Below are positions 39,411 through 53,252 of a DNA stretch of 64,000 nucleotides, one piece after another. The notes under the pieces were generated by a model. The model was not told the origin of the DNA, ran no database searches, and saw only the letters and a program-made list of their open reading frames with translations. The position numbers and the translations under genes are program-made. This DNA is from Phoronis australis. Taxonomy: Eukaryota; Animalia; Phoronida. The stretch's first letter is position 1. Each line of letters opens with the position of its first letter. The stretch is taken from contig NMRA01000798.1 of assembly GCA_002633005.1 (NCBI GenBank), forward strand, positions 59,517-123,516, in the 5' to 3' direction.

Positions 39411-41944
39411 AACATCGATTGCTTATGTGGTACGGACAAAGATTTTTCAATTAATAATGGCAAATTGAAAACAATAGTTGATTTGCCGATTGTTTGTTAA
39501 TTTCATTAATGCACGTTTTTCTCTCCGCAATTTACACGAACGCCAATGAAACCCATACCCACACACCAACGACAGTGGGACCTACGGATTATCAAAACGC
39601 AAGAAAGGTGAAAGAAGGAAATTAAGAAGGTAATCTTACGTTGCTTGCTTGTCTTACTGCATAAGTATAAGTAAGGTACAGCTCGATACTCCGAAGGTTC
39701 ACAAGTTCGAACACCCATTACACGACAAAGGCATTATAAGGCCGAAGGTTCACAAATACGACTAAGAAAAGCTAGTTAGCTCGAAACTAGTCCGGACCAG
39801 AAACCAGTGATTCAAAGTCATCAACAGCCGAGCAGCAAAAATTTTGGTGTCGATAAACCAAAAATGTAAATAAATACGGCACCCCAGTTCAAATTGCCTA
39901 ACTTTGGATCCTTTAGAGAGGCACAGGCTCTTCGAAGAACTAGTTTCGAACAAATCCTTGCATTCCTGAACGTTTTGCTCAAAATCACTGTTCAGAAACT
40001 AACGTCATGAATGTTCAAACTTATAGCGTTCGTTAGAATTTCGGAATTGTATGAATCTTCATATTTATGGATTTTAGACTTGCAAACCTCTTCCGACCCA
40101 TGAGTACCATGATTTCATAACTCTGTCCACACTCTTTCTCACTTGTAGTTTTCAATTCAGGTCATATAGGGTTCATGGCTTCTTGGGTATTGATTTCCTT
40201 TTAACCTTATTGTAGATTTTTAACGACTTGGCCATTCGTCGAACTGTGGACTTTGGCTGCTAGTATACCATTAACATGCGCCTGTTGTCGCGAGCTCTGT
40301 TACAGTGTACCAAAGGTGCATCAGGGCCATTAACATGAATGGCACCAGAGCCAAAGATATACTGCCGTTCAGCTGTAATCATCGTGACATGTGTGAACTC
40401 ATTTGAGCCATCAAACTTGACCGATCACTGGTTTGCCTTGGAAAAGCGAAGTAAAAAATCTACTCGCCAGCTATTCAGGAATACGTCTTTATTCATGTAA
40501 ACGGTATCACACCTGGATTCAGGGCACATTTTCTCAAAACTGAACAGCGGAAGACTTGTAATTGTGTAACTGGGAGATTTTGTCAATATAAAATACAATA
40601 TAGGCTCTCGGTTCGGGTCATCTGTATTATATTCCTTCTCGGAAAGCAACTACATTGCTGTATTTCACTTGAGTTGGACTTTTTCTATAAATAAAAGGAT
40701 ACCAAACCCGGTTTTGGCCCACTGACACACTACTAAAACAGAATTCCCAGCCAGGTCTCTGAATTAACATAATTCTCTGTAATCTTCGCCGGCCAAGCCT
40801 CAAAAGTTTGGATGAAAATTTGAAAACTTCTTACAAATTCTGCTAAACGAGAAAGCGTGACTTACCCTTTTAGCGAATTAAACTGCAACTGTGGAAAACG
40901 CCACCCACTAAGTACCACAACATTCAGTTTATGAGATACAAGTAGGCAGTATGAGTTTTTAGTTGATCCCTGCCTTTAAATTGAAAGTTTGACACCAAAG
41001 ATGCATTAGCAGATAAGAGAACGAGGACTGATTGAAATCATCAAAACAAGGTTTAGTATCCTTACAGGACCATGCGGGACGACAACGTCACGATCGGTTA
41101 CATTGCACCAAAGTTTCTGCAGCACTACTAACACGACTGACAACAGAGCTGCCGTTCAGCTGTAAACGTTCCTGAGAAAAAAAGATTAAAAATATTTCAC
41201 ACTTCAGTTACAAGTTTGTTGGGACTCGTGTTGCTCTTCGGATTTATAGATTTGTGGACTTGCAAAGCTTCTGAACCATTAAGATTGTGATTTCTTACAT
41301 GCACCTTCGGGCCTCATTTGTATTTGTCAATGGAGGTGCTACAGGTTTTATCGCTTCTAAAGGGTTGATTTCCTTTTCACCGTATTGCAGACTTTCTTTA
41401 ATGACGTGGCCATTTGGCGAACCATATACTTTGGCTGACTAGTAGCCTACACCATTAGCACGCGGTACCTGATGTCACGAGCAGTGGCAGTATACCAAAG
41501 GTACTGCAGGACCACTAAACACGAATGACAAGAGGTATGGTGCAGTTTAGCTGTAAACAACCTGGCAGTTACCAGTTTGTGAGACATCAAAATATCATCG
41601 AACACTTGTTTACTGGAAAAGCGAATGGAAACTCTACTCGCTGGTCAATCAGGCATCTGTCTTAAATCATGTACACTGTTTCACACCTTATTTCAAGGCT
41701 CAGTCTCTCAAAAACGGTAACATTTTTGTAAAAAGGCACATTGGTATTAAGACAACGGTATCAATAACAAGTTCAAAATTTATTTGACGTGATCTCAGAA
41801 ACACTGTATTAACAGGGTAGTTTTAAATTATTATCATTTTATTATTGCTTTGTGAACGGTGTTTAAATCATAATATTTGAAGTATTACATAAATTTGAAT
41901 AGATATTTCTGAGATATAAAGCTTCAAATTTAGAGAAATGTTAA

Positions 41945-43607
41945 AGGAGAATGCCACCCGATTTAATTAGGCTTTTTGCCGTCTTAATCGGTCTATATCC
42001 ACATCGCCTCGCATACGGTCGACCTTACCTTGCCAAGAGGTGTCGCGTTAACCTGTGAGGAAGGTGAGAAACGACGCTAGCGACGTCAGTGGTTCATATG
42101 CAGGGTGAATGCCGCTATGTTGCGGTGCATCGTTCCCGCTTGTCTGAATTATGAAACTGCGAAAAAACCGGGTATATCGTTTTTTTTACTTCCTCGAGAG
42201 TCTGAAATGCTTAGGAAGTGGCTCATGGTAGTGAAGAATGAAATGTACGCTGTAAATAGCAAGTATGAGGCCGTGCAGAAACATCTCCGTGTCTGTTGCC
42301 TGCAGACGTCGACAGTGCCTGACTACTGCCGGCTTACCAAATAACTCCATACGTTCCGTTGTCTTAGCTTGTTCACGGCGCCTCTCTAGTATTTCTTCGT
42401 CACTGTATTCATGTTCGAATTGATAGCCTGTAAAATTTAACGATCCACCTGCGAAGTCGGGACTGATGAGCTCCGTAGCTCGTCCCAAGTCAGGATTGCG
42501 AGTTGCCGTTGGCGTTTATTACTGAGCGTTCTGTTTCATGAGTTATTCTCACCCTAACCAATACTTATATAAAACTGAAACAAAGTCTGTCTCATTTGAT
42601 GCAATTTGTAATAACATTGGAGTGTTCGTGAGTGAAAATGATTTGAGAAGCCACTGCAGCAATGAATAAATCACTGCGTTACCAGCTTTAGGTGCAATAA
42701 AACTAATTGACGGGACACCGAGGCCGTGTGAGCTCATAAGTGTTTGCTGGCAGAAACTGTTATGAAACAACTCGATTTTCATCCCACGGCCAGGTGTTAG
42801 GGGAATCTTTATTTACATTTATATTACTCAAATAATGATTGTCAATGTCAACTTCTGCCCTGACGGTGCTGAGGCCAAAGTGGAACCCCGCCGAGTGAAT
42901 TCGCGGCCCCCGACGAGTAAGTAGATTTGCACCAACATAATCACGTGCACATACTTTGGCTCACTAGTATAGTATTTTTTGACTGGAAGTTTAGTTTCCA
43001 CTGAAGTTTGGCTGGTTTATGTTCGTGATGTCTGATCAGTTTCCGAGCCACTGGCCGGGATAACGAGTCAATCCGGCCAGCCGCGACGGGCCTAATCGGG
43101 CTCCGAGCCACTGGCCAGGATAACAAGCGTTTTGTGTTTAGAACTCAAAAAATCACAAGTCTAAACAACACAGATCTAGGTTCTCCTGTCTGTATCTCAC
43201 GGAAAATACTTCGAAATTATCTCCGAACAGACCCCAAACTCCTGCTACGGACCTCATTGGCCTGCCGAACTTTGTAGGCTACGGTGTGTCCAAATACCAA
43301 TAAATCCGTAAGAGCGAAGTAAAACAACACGTTTTTATAAGAACTCTGTGTATTTTCAAGGCTTTTACATCGAAGTTTGATGATTTATTGGTGTTAAACG
43401 ATGGTTTCAAGCGATAAGCTGACACCAGTAACCCGTGTTGTGAACTGCTGAACAGACTGCGTGTGAAACCGATGACGTCACTGGATAATTTCAACACCTC
43501 CGTCTGCCGTTAGGTGTCAGGTAACGCAACCGTACGTGTCGTTATGGAGTAGAACTATTCGATCTAAATTGATACAAATTAGGTTGATTTTTGGGTGGCA
43601 TGCTCCT
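41945..43607 (+). mobile_element. Internally deleted Kolobok-type DNA transposon
   Basis: TTAA on both sides (41941-41944, 43608-43611). TIRs AGGAGAATGCCACCC / GGGTGGCATGCTCCT with 1 mismatch. Contains a THAP remnant (MLRCIVPAC..FFLLP..RKW..RVC, ~42118-42300 +) and an opposite-strand YQFEHEYSDEE fragment. The flanks rejoin into one array unit. Confidence 0.8.
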
Positions 43608-46057
43608 TTAACGTTTTTTCTATGGTCATACAGGATCTGCACAAGAAGGACCCTGGCTTCACCACCTCTGTCAGTGAACCAAAGATGTCGCTGAACTACC
43701 AACACAAAATGACACCAGATTCGGAAACATAAAAAAAACCCGGCCTGGTGCTGCCTCTTACGGGAGAGCGCGCGCCGTGAGACGCTGTCTTACCCGGACC
43801 ATGAAGGACGATGGAGGTGTGTAACTTTCGTTATTGATAACATTTTGGTCTGGGTGACATTTGCAATTATATTTCCCCACCTGTGACAACTGTGTGGTGT
43901 CCAGATCTAATTGTAATTACTTTTAAGTGTTGACTGCATTTTAGTTGCACTGAAGTAATAGTTTTTGAGTCGTGATGACGAACATTTACTTCAAATGAAT
44001 AGATCTTTCCATCCATCAAATCTATTACCATTCCCTGAGCACTGGACGTTTGTTACTTGTCTTGCTGGTACATTCGCGTTGACGCTAACACTCTTTCTAA
44101 TCCCGACTAAGAATTGCACAAACATACTAACACAAGTCCTAACATATCAAGAAAGACAGCATAAAAGAGCCCAAATGACGTTCAAGGTCACAAAATGCAT
44201 GCTGGATGGTGTTATTTGAATTCCATTGCAGATACAAGTACCGCAACAGATGGAGCTGAGCAGTTCTGTGGTTCATGTTCTCAATTACTGCCGTGGAAGG
44301 GACAACCCGAATGGCGAATTGAAAACAATAGTTGATTTCTCGATTGTTTGTAAATTTTATTTATCACATTTTTGTTTATTTACTCGCTATACCCACGCAA
44401 CAACGAAACGATACGACCCACGGATAACCAAAACTTAAGAAAAAGGGTGGAAGACGAAAATTAGCAACCGGAGACTAAAATTAAGAAGGTAATAGTGCAG
44501 GAAGGCAAATTGTGCGAGCAATGAAAATGTTTTTCATAAGGCCCTATAAGTTCGGAGGTTCCCTAATCTGACAGAAAGAAAAATTATTTATTTCAAAACT
44601 AGTCCGAAGGTGTACGGGTTCAGAAACCTGTGATTTCAAGTCATCGACAGTGGAGCAGCAAGATTGTAGTGGCGGTAAAGGAAAATTTAACAATGTAATT
44701 AAATGCACGTGTTTTGGATCGAGAAGCACTAGAATATGAACTTTTCATTTTCGTTTGTGAACAGTGTTTGAATCATAGTATTTTAAAGTTTTACAGAAAT
44801 CTGAACAGCTTTTTCTGAGATATAAATCTTCAAAGTTTGAACATAAAAACTTCTTAAATCATATCATTGAATTTTTACGCACTAAAATGTATAATATTCA
44901 TTTCACCATATCTTAAATGTCAATTGTCATATATTGTTTGATTCTACTTTATTTCTGTTTCTGTTGACAAAGGACGTTATTACATCCGAAAATTTCAGTT
45001 GATCCATTCTTGTTGTTTTATTTACCTATTTATATTCTACATTTCGTGAAACAATAGTATCCTTGGGAGGATCTGGATCGCCTTATTTAGTTTCAGATTT
45101 ATTTTCTACGTTATTTATCAAAGTTTGAGAAATGTATATTATTTCTAGGGCTATACATGACCTGAACAAGCAGCACAGTGACCTCGCTTCCACTGGCAGT
45201 GAACCAGAGATGTTCCTGAGCCTCCAACACAAAACTCCAGAGTCGGAAAGGTAAACAATACCGGAAATTGCCTCTTCCGTGAGGGCGCGCACCATGGGAT
45301 GCTGTCTTACCTCATATATGAAGGGCGACAGAGGTGTTTAACTTTCGTTATTGATAACATTCTAGTCTGGTTGAGACTTGCAGTTACAACGGTGTGGTGC
45401 CCATATCGTTGTTATAGATTTTAAGTTTTGGCTGTATTTTTGCTGTACTCTGAGCGTTTTCTGTCGGCTTAGAGACAAGGATTTTTAATCTGGTAAAATG
45501 AAAACAATTGATTTGAAAATTGTTTGAAAATTTTATTAATATACTTTCTTGTCTATTCACACGCCATGCCCATACCCAATCATACGCTGCGACTCTAGGA
45601 TAACAAAAACGGGAGAAGAATGATTTAAGGTGAAAATTATGAAGGTAAATTAAGGTTGCTTGCGTTTCATACTGAATTAACATAAATAGGGTACAGTTCA
45701 ATACCTTGAAGGTTGTCAAATGCGTACACATTGTTTGACAAATTAAAGTGTTTTAAAATAGGCAATATCAGGCCGAAAGATCACAAATCCGACAAAAAAG
45801 AAAAGTTATTGATTCGAAAGTAGTTCGATGATCTAAGAGATCAAAAACCAGGGATTCAAAGTCAACGACAGCGGAGCCGCAAGATTTTAGTGGCGGTAAA
45901 TCAAAATTTGAAAATGTAAATTGGTTGTTTCCCCAAGGCACGTTCTCTTTGAAGAATTGGTTTCAATCAGGCATGTGCATACAAGTCCTCAAACATTTTG
46001 TTTGAAATGACTGTTCAGAACCGCATGTCGTGAAAGTTTGAACTTTCGAACTAAAGG

Positions 46058-46550
46058 TTTTTATGCGCCCATATATTTATATGTGGGTGCATTATGCCGT
46101 CATCTCTGTCCAACCGGGCGGCGTCCGTCCGGTGGCCCCTAGTGGCAATTTTAGTTTTTTACGTTTACCTCTGTATCTTCGAAGGTCCTTCACATATTTT
46201 CACAAAATTTAGGATATTGGTATTTATTATTGAGACGACGGTATCCTCTTGTTTTCGGATGGATTTGACGTAGTTTGCGCCACCTAGTGGCCATTTTTAC
46301 TGTTTTCGAGTCTGTTTTTTAGCGTCCACCCCTCTATCAACCAAACCGCTCTAAGCATGATTGTGAAAATTGGCATGTATGTTCTTACTATGAAGCGGAA
46401 GGTTGACGATCCGACGACTTCGACTACTATGGCGTCTCCTAGTGGCAGTTTTGTTTTTTTGCGCCTATGGCTATATCTCCTAAACTGTTTGGAGGATCTT
46501 TACTAAATTTAGTAAATGCATTTATATGATGATGACAACAACGGACGACG
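46058..46550 (+). mobile_element. HINE-type element (5' end plus one core) inserted in the tandem array
   Basis: TTTTTATGCGCCCATATATTTATATGTGGGTGCAT hairpin, CCGT tract, and a core closely matching ~61520-61940. Confidence 0.75.
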
Positions 46551-49459
46551 AAAATTATGAAGGTAAATTAACTGCTTGCGTTTCATCCTTTATTAGTATG
46601 AAATAGGGTACAGGTCGAACATTTGAAGGTTCTCAAGTCCTAACGCCCCCAAGACGACCATTGAAAAGTTTTTTTTAAAATTTCCCTATCAGGCCGAATG
46701 CTCACAAATCTGTCAGAGAGGAGAGCAGTTTAGTTCAAAACTAGTTCGAAGATCTGTGAGACCAGAAATCAGCCAGTGATTCGAAGTCAACGACAGCGGA
46801 GATGAAAATTTTAGTGACAGATTGGTGCACACTGCCAAACTTTGTTTGGATAATTTCCCGAGACATTGGCTCCTTGAAGAATTGGTTTCAAGCAGGCAGG
46901 TGCTTACAGATCCGCAAACATTTTACTCGAAATCACTGTTCAGAACCGCCTGTCTTGAACTTTTAGCTTTCGAACTATTGGTCTTTCGGACGTTTGTGGA
47001 TCTTCAGATTTATGGATTTGTGGGCTTGCAAACCATTGGAATCATGAGTACCGTTTTTTCATATCTTCGGCTCACACTCTTTCTCACTTTTAGTTTTCCA
47101 TTGAGGTCATACAGGTTTCATGGCTTCTAAATTGTTGATTTCCTTTTAACCTTATCATAGATTTTTAGCCACTTCGTCATTCGTAGAACCGCTGGATTTT
47201 GGCTGACCATTAATACCATTATCATGTGGAACATGACGTCGCGAGCAGTGACGCTATACGAAAAAAGCTGCAGAATCACTGACACAAATGACACCAGACC
47301 CAAAAGGTATGGTACCATTCATTTGTAAACAACTTGGAAGTTACCGGCTTCGACTAAAAGTGTGTACCTTTGGAGTTATAGATTTTGGAACTTGCAAACA
47401 TTCAGACCCATGGCTACCGTGATTTCATACCTTCTGCCCACACTCTTTCTCTCTTGTAGTTTTCAATTCAGATCATGTGTGTTCATCGCTTCCAGAGTAT
47501 TGACTTCGTTTGAACCTTATTTTGTTTTTAGGGACGTGGCCTTTCTTGGAACTACTAGTCTTCGGCTGACCTGCATACTATTCACATACAGCATCCGATG
47601 TTGCAAGCAGTGCCAGTGTAGCAATGGTGCCACAGTAACACTTACACGAGCATCAGAGCAAAAAGGTATTAGGCGTTGATCAGCTGCAAACCTCCTGGAA
47701 GTTACATGTAAAGACTGCATGCGTGTTTTTGAGCCATCAAAACCTCCCCGAGCACTTGTTTGATTTGCAAGTGATGTGAAAAATCTACTCGCCTGTCATT
47801 CAGGTATCTGTGTTTGTTCATGTACACTGTTTCACACTTGGTTTCTGCGCAAAGTTTCTGCAAACCCGTACAATTTAGCAAAAGAAAAAGACACATCAAC
47901 AGTAAAACCACAGCATCAGTAAAGAAATCGAGTTCAATTTGATGAAAGTGCTCCAGAAGTGATCTCAGAAACACCGTTAATGTTCTAAAACATGATCATT
48001 TCATTTTCGTTTCGTGAACGTTGTTTAAATCATAACATTGTAAGATTTTACAAAAATCAGAACATTTATTTCTGAGATATAAACTTTCAAACTTAGAGAA
48101 ATGTAGACCTTCTTCCAGGGTCATGCAGGACCTGAACAAGCAGGACCCTGACCTCGTCACCACTGATGGTGAACCAAAGATGTCGCCAAACCACCAACAC
48201 AAAATAAAATCATAACCCGAAAGAAAAAATCCTGGAAAATGCCTCTTCTTTGAGAATGTGCGCCATGAGGTACTGTCTTGCCCGATTCATGAAGGACGAT
48301 GAAAGTGTTTGACACACCACACCCATTCCTCAAATACACACTGCGACCCACGGATAGTCAAGACGGAAGAAGAAGGCTTAAGACCAAAAGGTAAATTAAC
48401 GTTGCTTGCGTTTCATGCTACATTAGCATGAACTGGGTACAGCTCGGTTCTGTGAAGGTTCTGAAGTCTTAACGCCCATAATACGTCAAATGAAAATGCA
48501 TTTAAAATTTCCCTATCAAGCCAAAGGTTCACAAATCTGTCAGGAAGGACAGGTAGTTAGTTTGAAGGTAGTTCGAAAATTGATGAGACCAGAAACCAGT
48601 GATTCAAAGTCAACGACAGCGGAGCAGCAAAATTTTGTTGGTCGTAAACCATGTAAATAAAAGCAAGATCTCAGTGCACATTGACAAAATTTGTTTATAT
48701 GCTTTAACGAGGCACTGGCTTTTAGAAGAACTGGTTTCAAACAGATGCGTGTTGACACATCGCCAACGTTTTGCTCGAAATCACTGTTCAGAAGTGTTTG
48801 TCGTGGAAGTTCGATTTTTTAGCTTTAGAACTAAAGGTGTTTCAGACATGTGTGTATCTTCAGACTTATTGATTTGCGGACTTGGAAACCATTGGAATCA
48901 CGAATATCGTGATTTCTTACCTTCGTCTCACACTCTTTCTCACTTATAGTTTTCAATTGAGGTCATATAGGTCGCTTTCAAAGAGTTTATTTTGTTTTTG
49001 TTTTAAGGCTACCAAATGAATGATGATAAAACTTAGTTGTTTACATGAAACCGGAAGTACAGTATTTATTTGCTGCGGGATTGACGTCAATACAAAATGG
49101 CGACTGCCATTGGCTTTTAAATCAAAAATACGAAAACTAAAATATATCAATAATAACATTACATCTCCCTCCTTCAGACGACACACAGTCACATGACAAC
49201 TATTTAGAATGTCCTTCAGTCTTTGAGAGTTCAAATAAAATGTTCGTATCAACACAGAGCCTCTTGGAACACAAGTCTTTTAGAACACACTACTCACTGA
49301 GAAATTTCCTTAAGGCACACAAAAACACAAATTCTTTAGGAGGAGAGGTTACTATATAGAATCCAGGCATTGTATAAACACACACACTAAATTGATTCGA
49401 TCAGTCGATCAGGTCTTTTAACACATCGGCCTGAGCGACGAGGAGATCCCGGAGAGACT

Positions 49460-52366
49460 TAAGTCATATGCACTACACACTGTTTAGGAACAACACAAGT
49501 AGGTGGCGCATGAGAGGTGTCCTTCGATGGCATGGTTGTTGCTGTAGGATCAGTTGTTATCGGTGGCATCTCCCTAAGATGACGGCGGTTCCTTCTACAA
49601 GCTCCAGACTTAGTCTCAACTAGATATGATCTTGACGTGCTCGCTTCACCGCGGTCGATTCCCGGCTCGGTCCATCCTTTCTCATTATCTGTCTTTACTA
49701 AGACAGGCTCTACTTGTTGAAGTGGCTTAGCACCATTATGTTGGTTATAGGACATCGAAGATGTCGCCTTGTACTTCTGACCTTTGGCAAGGATCTGCTC
49801 TCAGTTTGGCCATACAGGCTCTAGTGTTGAGGACGGAGCAGGTAGTGTAGTTCTCAAATGTCTTCCTACTGTGAGCTATGATGAACTAGCTCCTGTTGGT
49901 GCAATCGGGGTGTCTCAGTAGACCATCAAGGCCAGCCAGGGGTCATCTTGGCTCAACGTAGTTTTAGCTGTTTGGACAGCTCTCTCTGCTTCCTAGGAAT
50001 TAGGAAGATAAGGATTGGTGGTGACATGACGAAAATTGTATTTAGATGCAAACTCTTTGAACTCCGCGTACGTAAATTGTGGACCATTGTCAGATACGAC
50101 CTCGGTTGGGACACCGAATCGAGCGAATACGCCCTTCATGCGGCAGATGACGGCTGTAGCGTTTGTTGAACTGAGGGCGAGAATCTCTATGCAACGTGAG
50201 TAGTAGTCACACATCACTAGGTAGTTCTTGCTTTTGAAGAAGAACAAATCAACCCCGAGTCGCTGCCATGGACCCTGTGGCAATGGAGTTATCATAAGAG
50301 GTTCACGCTTTTGGGTTGGCTTCTTCTCTGTACAGTGTCTACACAATTTAGCAGTCCTCTTTAAAGCATTGGTGATACCAGGCCACCACACACCTAGCCG
50401 TGCTCTCTCGAGACACTTTGTCACTCCCTGATGGCCGTCATAGATTCTGTCAAGTATTTCTGGTCTCATAGAATGGGGAACGACGATCCTTGAATTGAAG
50501 ACAAACATACCATAAGTGACAGACAGTGATGCACGATGTGCATATAGACTCTTAAAGCTTTCAGGAACATCTCTTCCATACCTCGGCCAACCAGTTAGGG
50601 TGTACACAATGGCTGACCTCAGTACTGGATCTTCAGACGTTGCTTTTCGAATATTCATTTTCTTGTCGTGTGTAACTGGCAGGCTTGACTCGATTGACTG
50701 TACATGTAGTTGAATATCTTGGTCAGTTGAAGAATCTTTTAGGGCGAGAGGGCTTCTCGATAACGCATCAGACACATGCATATCCTGTCCTGGGACTTGT
50801 GTCGCTGTGACATCATATCTCATCAGTCTCATTAGAAGCCTCTGGCAGCGTATTGGTACTTCATCCAGGCTCTTGGAGTTGAGAAGAGGGACAAGAGGCT
50901 TGTGGTCGGTATATATTGTGACATTGCTGTGCCCACAGATATAGCGGTCAAACTTTTCGCATGCCCACACACTCGCCAAATATTCTTTCTCAGTCTGGGC
51001 ATACTTCTGTTCTCTCTATGTTAGGGTGCGAGAACAAAAGGATATTGGCTTAAGAATGCTGTCCTGCTGCTGTAACAACACACCAACCAGACCATGAGAA
51101 CTGGCATCAGCGCTTACAATAATTGGCTTTGTCACATCATAGTAAGACAAGACGGGAGTTGATGCAATAAGCTGTTTCGTCCTTTTAACTGCTTCTTCTT
51201 GGGGCGCATCCCAAGTCCATCGGCGGTCTGACTTCAGTAGATCATTTGGTGGACCGGTGACAGAGTTCAGGTCAGGTAGATATGAACCAAGGTAGTGTAC
51301 CATTCCCATGAACTGACGAACTTGAGTGACTGACTTGGGCGGCTGCATTTGTAGGATGGCTGTAACCTTGTGTGGGTCGGCCCGTATTCCATTCTTACTG
51401 AATAGGTAACCTAGGAACTTCAGCTCTTCTTCCCTGTACAAGCATTTATCTTGATTAAGCTTCAGGCCAGCTCGGTGAAGGGTTTCAATTACCTTTGACA
51501 ACCTAGCGTCGTGTTCGGCAGCATTCGCACCATACACCAAGATGCCGTCCATATACACAAACACACCGTCCAGGCCCTCTAGCACTTCTAGCATTTCCTC
51601 ATGAAGATTTCAGTGGCAAAGGTGATGCTGAATGGAAGACGACGGAAACAATAACGCCCAAATGGGGTTATAAAAGTAGTTAAGCCCTGGCTCTCTTCTG
51701 CTAGAGGGATCTGGTAGAAACCACTCGCTGCGTCAAGACATGAGGAAATTGTTGCTCCCAGGAGTTTCGAAGTCACATCCTCTAGGGTTGGCAGGACGAA
51801 TCTTTCTCGTTGGATGTTCACATTCAACTTCTTTAGATCGACACAGAGTCTGACTTTGCCCGTTTTTTTCAAGACAGGTACCACCGGGGCACACCACGGC
51901 GTAGAACGAGTTACAACCTTGGTGATTCCAAGTTTGGTAAGACGGTCAATCTCCTCTTTCACTTTCTTCTCAAGTGGAAACGGAGTACGTCGAGCTACGT
52001 TTAGGGCATATGACTGGGCATTCTTCTTCAGGGATATCTTGACTGGTCAGTATTGAGAAGTCCTATGTCTTCAGTAACGGAGTTAACTCGAACGATAAGG
52101 TTCATCTGACTGGCTACTCCCCGGCCAAGAAGACTTTCAACTTTTCCATCAACCACCATCACACGAAAATGATAATTCAGTCCCTTGAACACAGTTCTTG
52201 CGACGAACTGTCCTCGACAACTAAGAGGACCGCCAGGGCTTGACAGCTTAGCTTTGATATCTTTCAGAGGAGGTTTTGGCTTGATATGGAGATCCTGGGG
52301 GTACGGCATGATGGACACATCAGCGCCGGTGTCTGTCTTGAATGTTTCTGAAGAGTCACCTTCCAA
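49460..52366 (-). pseudogene. Gypsy pol (protease, RT, RNase H, integrase), several stops and frameshifts
   Basis: DTGADVS protease; RLCVDLKKLN, LDAASGFYQ, YMDG (mutated YxDD) in RT; DASSHG and TDHKPL in RNase H; GHQG..CRHC and VDLF..DYYSR..SDNGPQF in integrase. Confidence 0.95.
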
Positions 52367-52479
52367 GCGGGGTCGCTATAACCACAGTTTACGGCGCCTA
52401 TGAAGTAGTCAACATCTACTGCACCACAGAACTGATCAGCCTGTTGGTCGTCATCCTCTTCGTAAACTTCATTTACTTT

Positions 52480-53252
52480 GTTCTTACGGCATACGGAGGC
52501 GAAGTGACCCTTTTTCGAACAGAACCGACATATATTCCTTCTGGCAGGGCAGGCTTCAGGCCCAGGGGATCTATGGACGTAACCACAATTAGGGCATTTC
52601 TTCTTCCCCGACTGGTCTCCACTAGATTGCTTGGAGTTGGATTGGCTCTGACGCTGGTGTTATGATTTCTTGGGCGATTTTTTTCTGACTTTTGTCCCCT
52701 TTTTTCACAAAACTGACAGATGCACCATCACTCTGGTTAGACTGGACAAGTTCTTTGTATCGTGCAGTGTCTATGGCCTTTGAAAGTGTCAGGTTTTTCT
52801 GTTCCATTTGAAGATCACGCGACAACTCTTTGTCGGTCATCCCGGAGATAAGACAGTCTCGAATATGCTGCTAGTTCATGTAGACTTCTAACAAAACTTT
52901 CAACTGACTCACCTTGCTGTTGGCTACGTTGATAGAATTTCGTTCTCTCATGGATAGTGTTTTTGTGTGGAACAAAATAATCCTCGAATTTCTGCAGAAC
53001 CGTATTGAAATCGTCTTTTGGATCTGGTGGATTTGGCACTTCCGCTGTTGGAACAGATGTTTCAAATTTGAATGACTTGAAGATGTGTTCGGCTTGACGA
53101 CCCATCGTATACACAAGTGCAGAGACTTGTACATCACCTTTTTCATCCCTGATTTTCTCTAGAATGTAGTAACGCATAAACCTGGTTTTCCAGTCTGGCG
53201 ATGACGATGGTTTCGAGAAATCAAATGCTTCCGGTGCTTGATATTTAGGCAT
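52480..53252 (-). pseudogene. Gypsy gag, frameshifted
   Basis: MPKYQAPEAFDFSKP..WKTRF..QVSALVYTMG..FEDYFVP..ERTKFYQRSQQQGESVESFVRSL; zinc knuckle CRFCSKKGHFASVC near 52490-52530. Confidence 0.9.
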
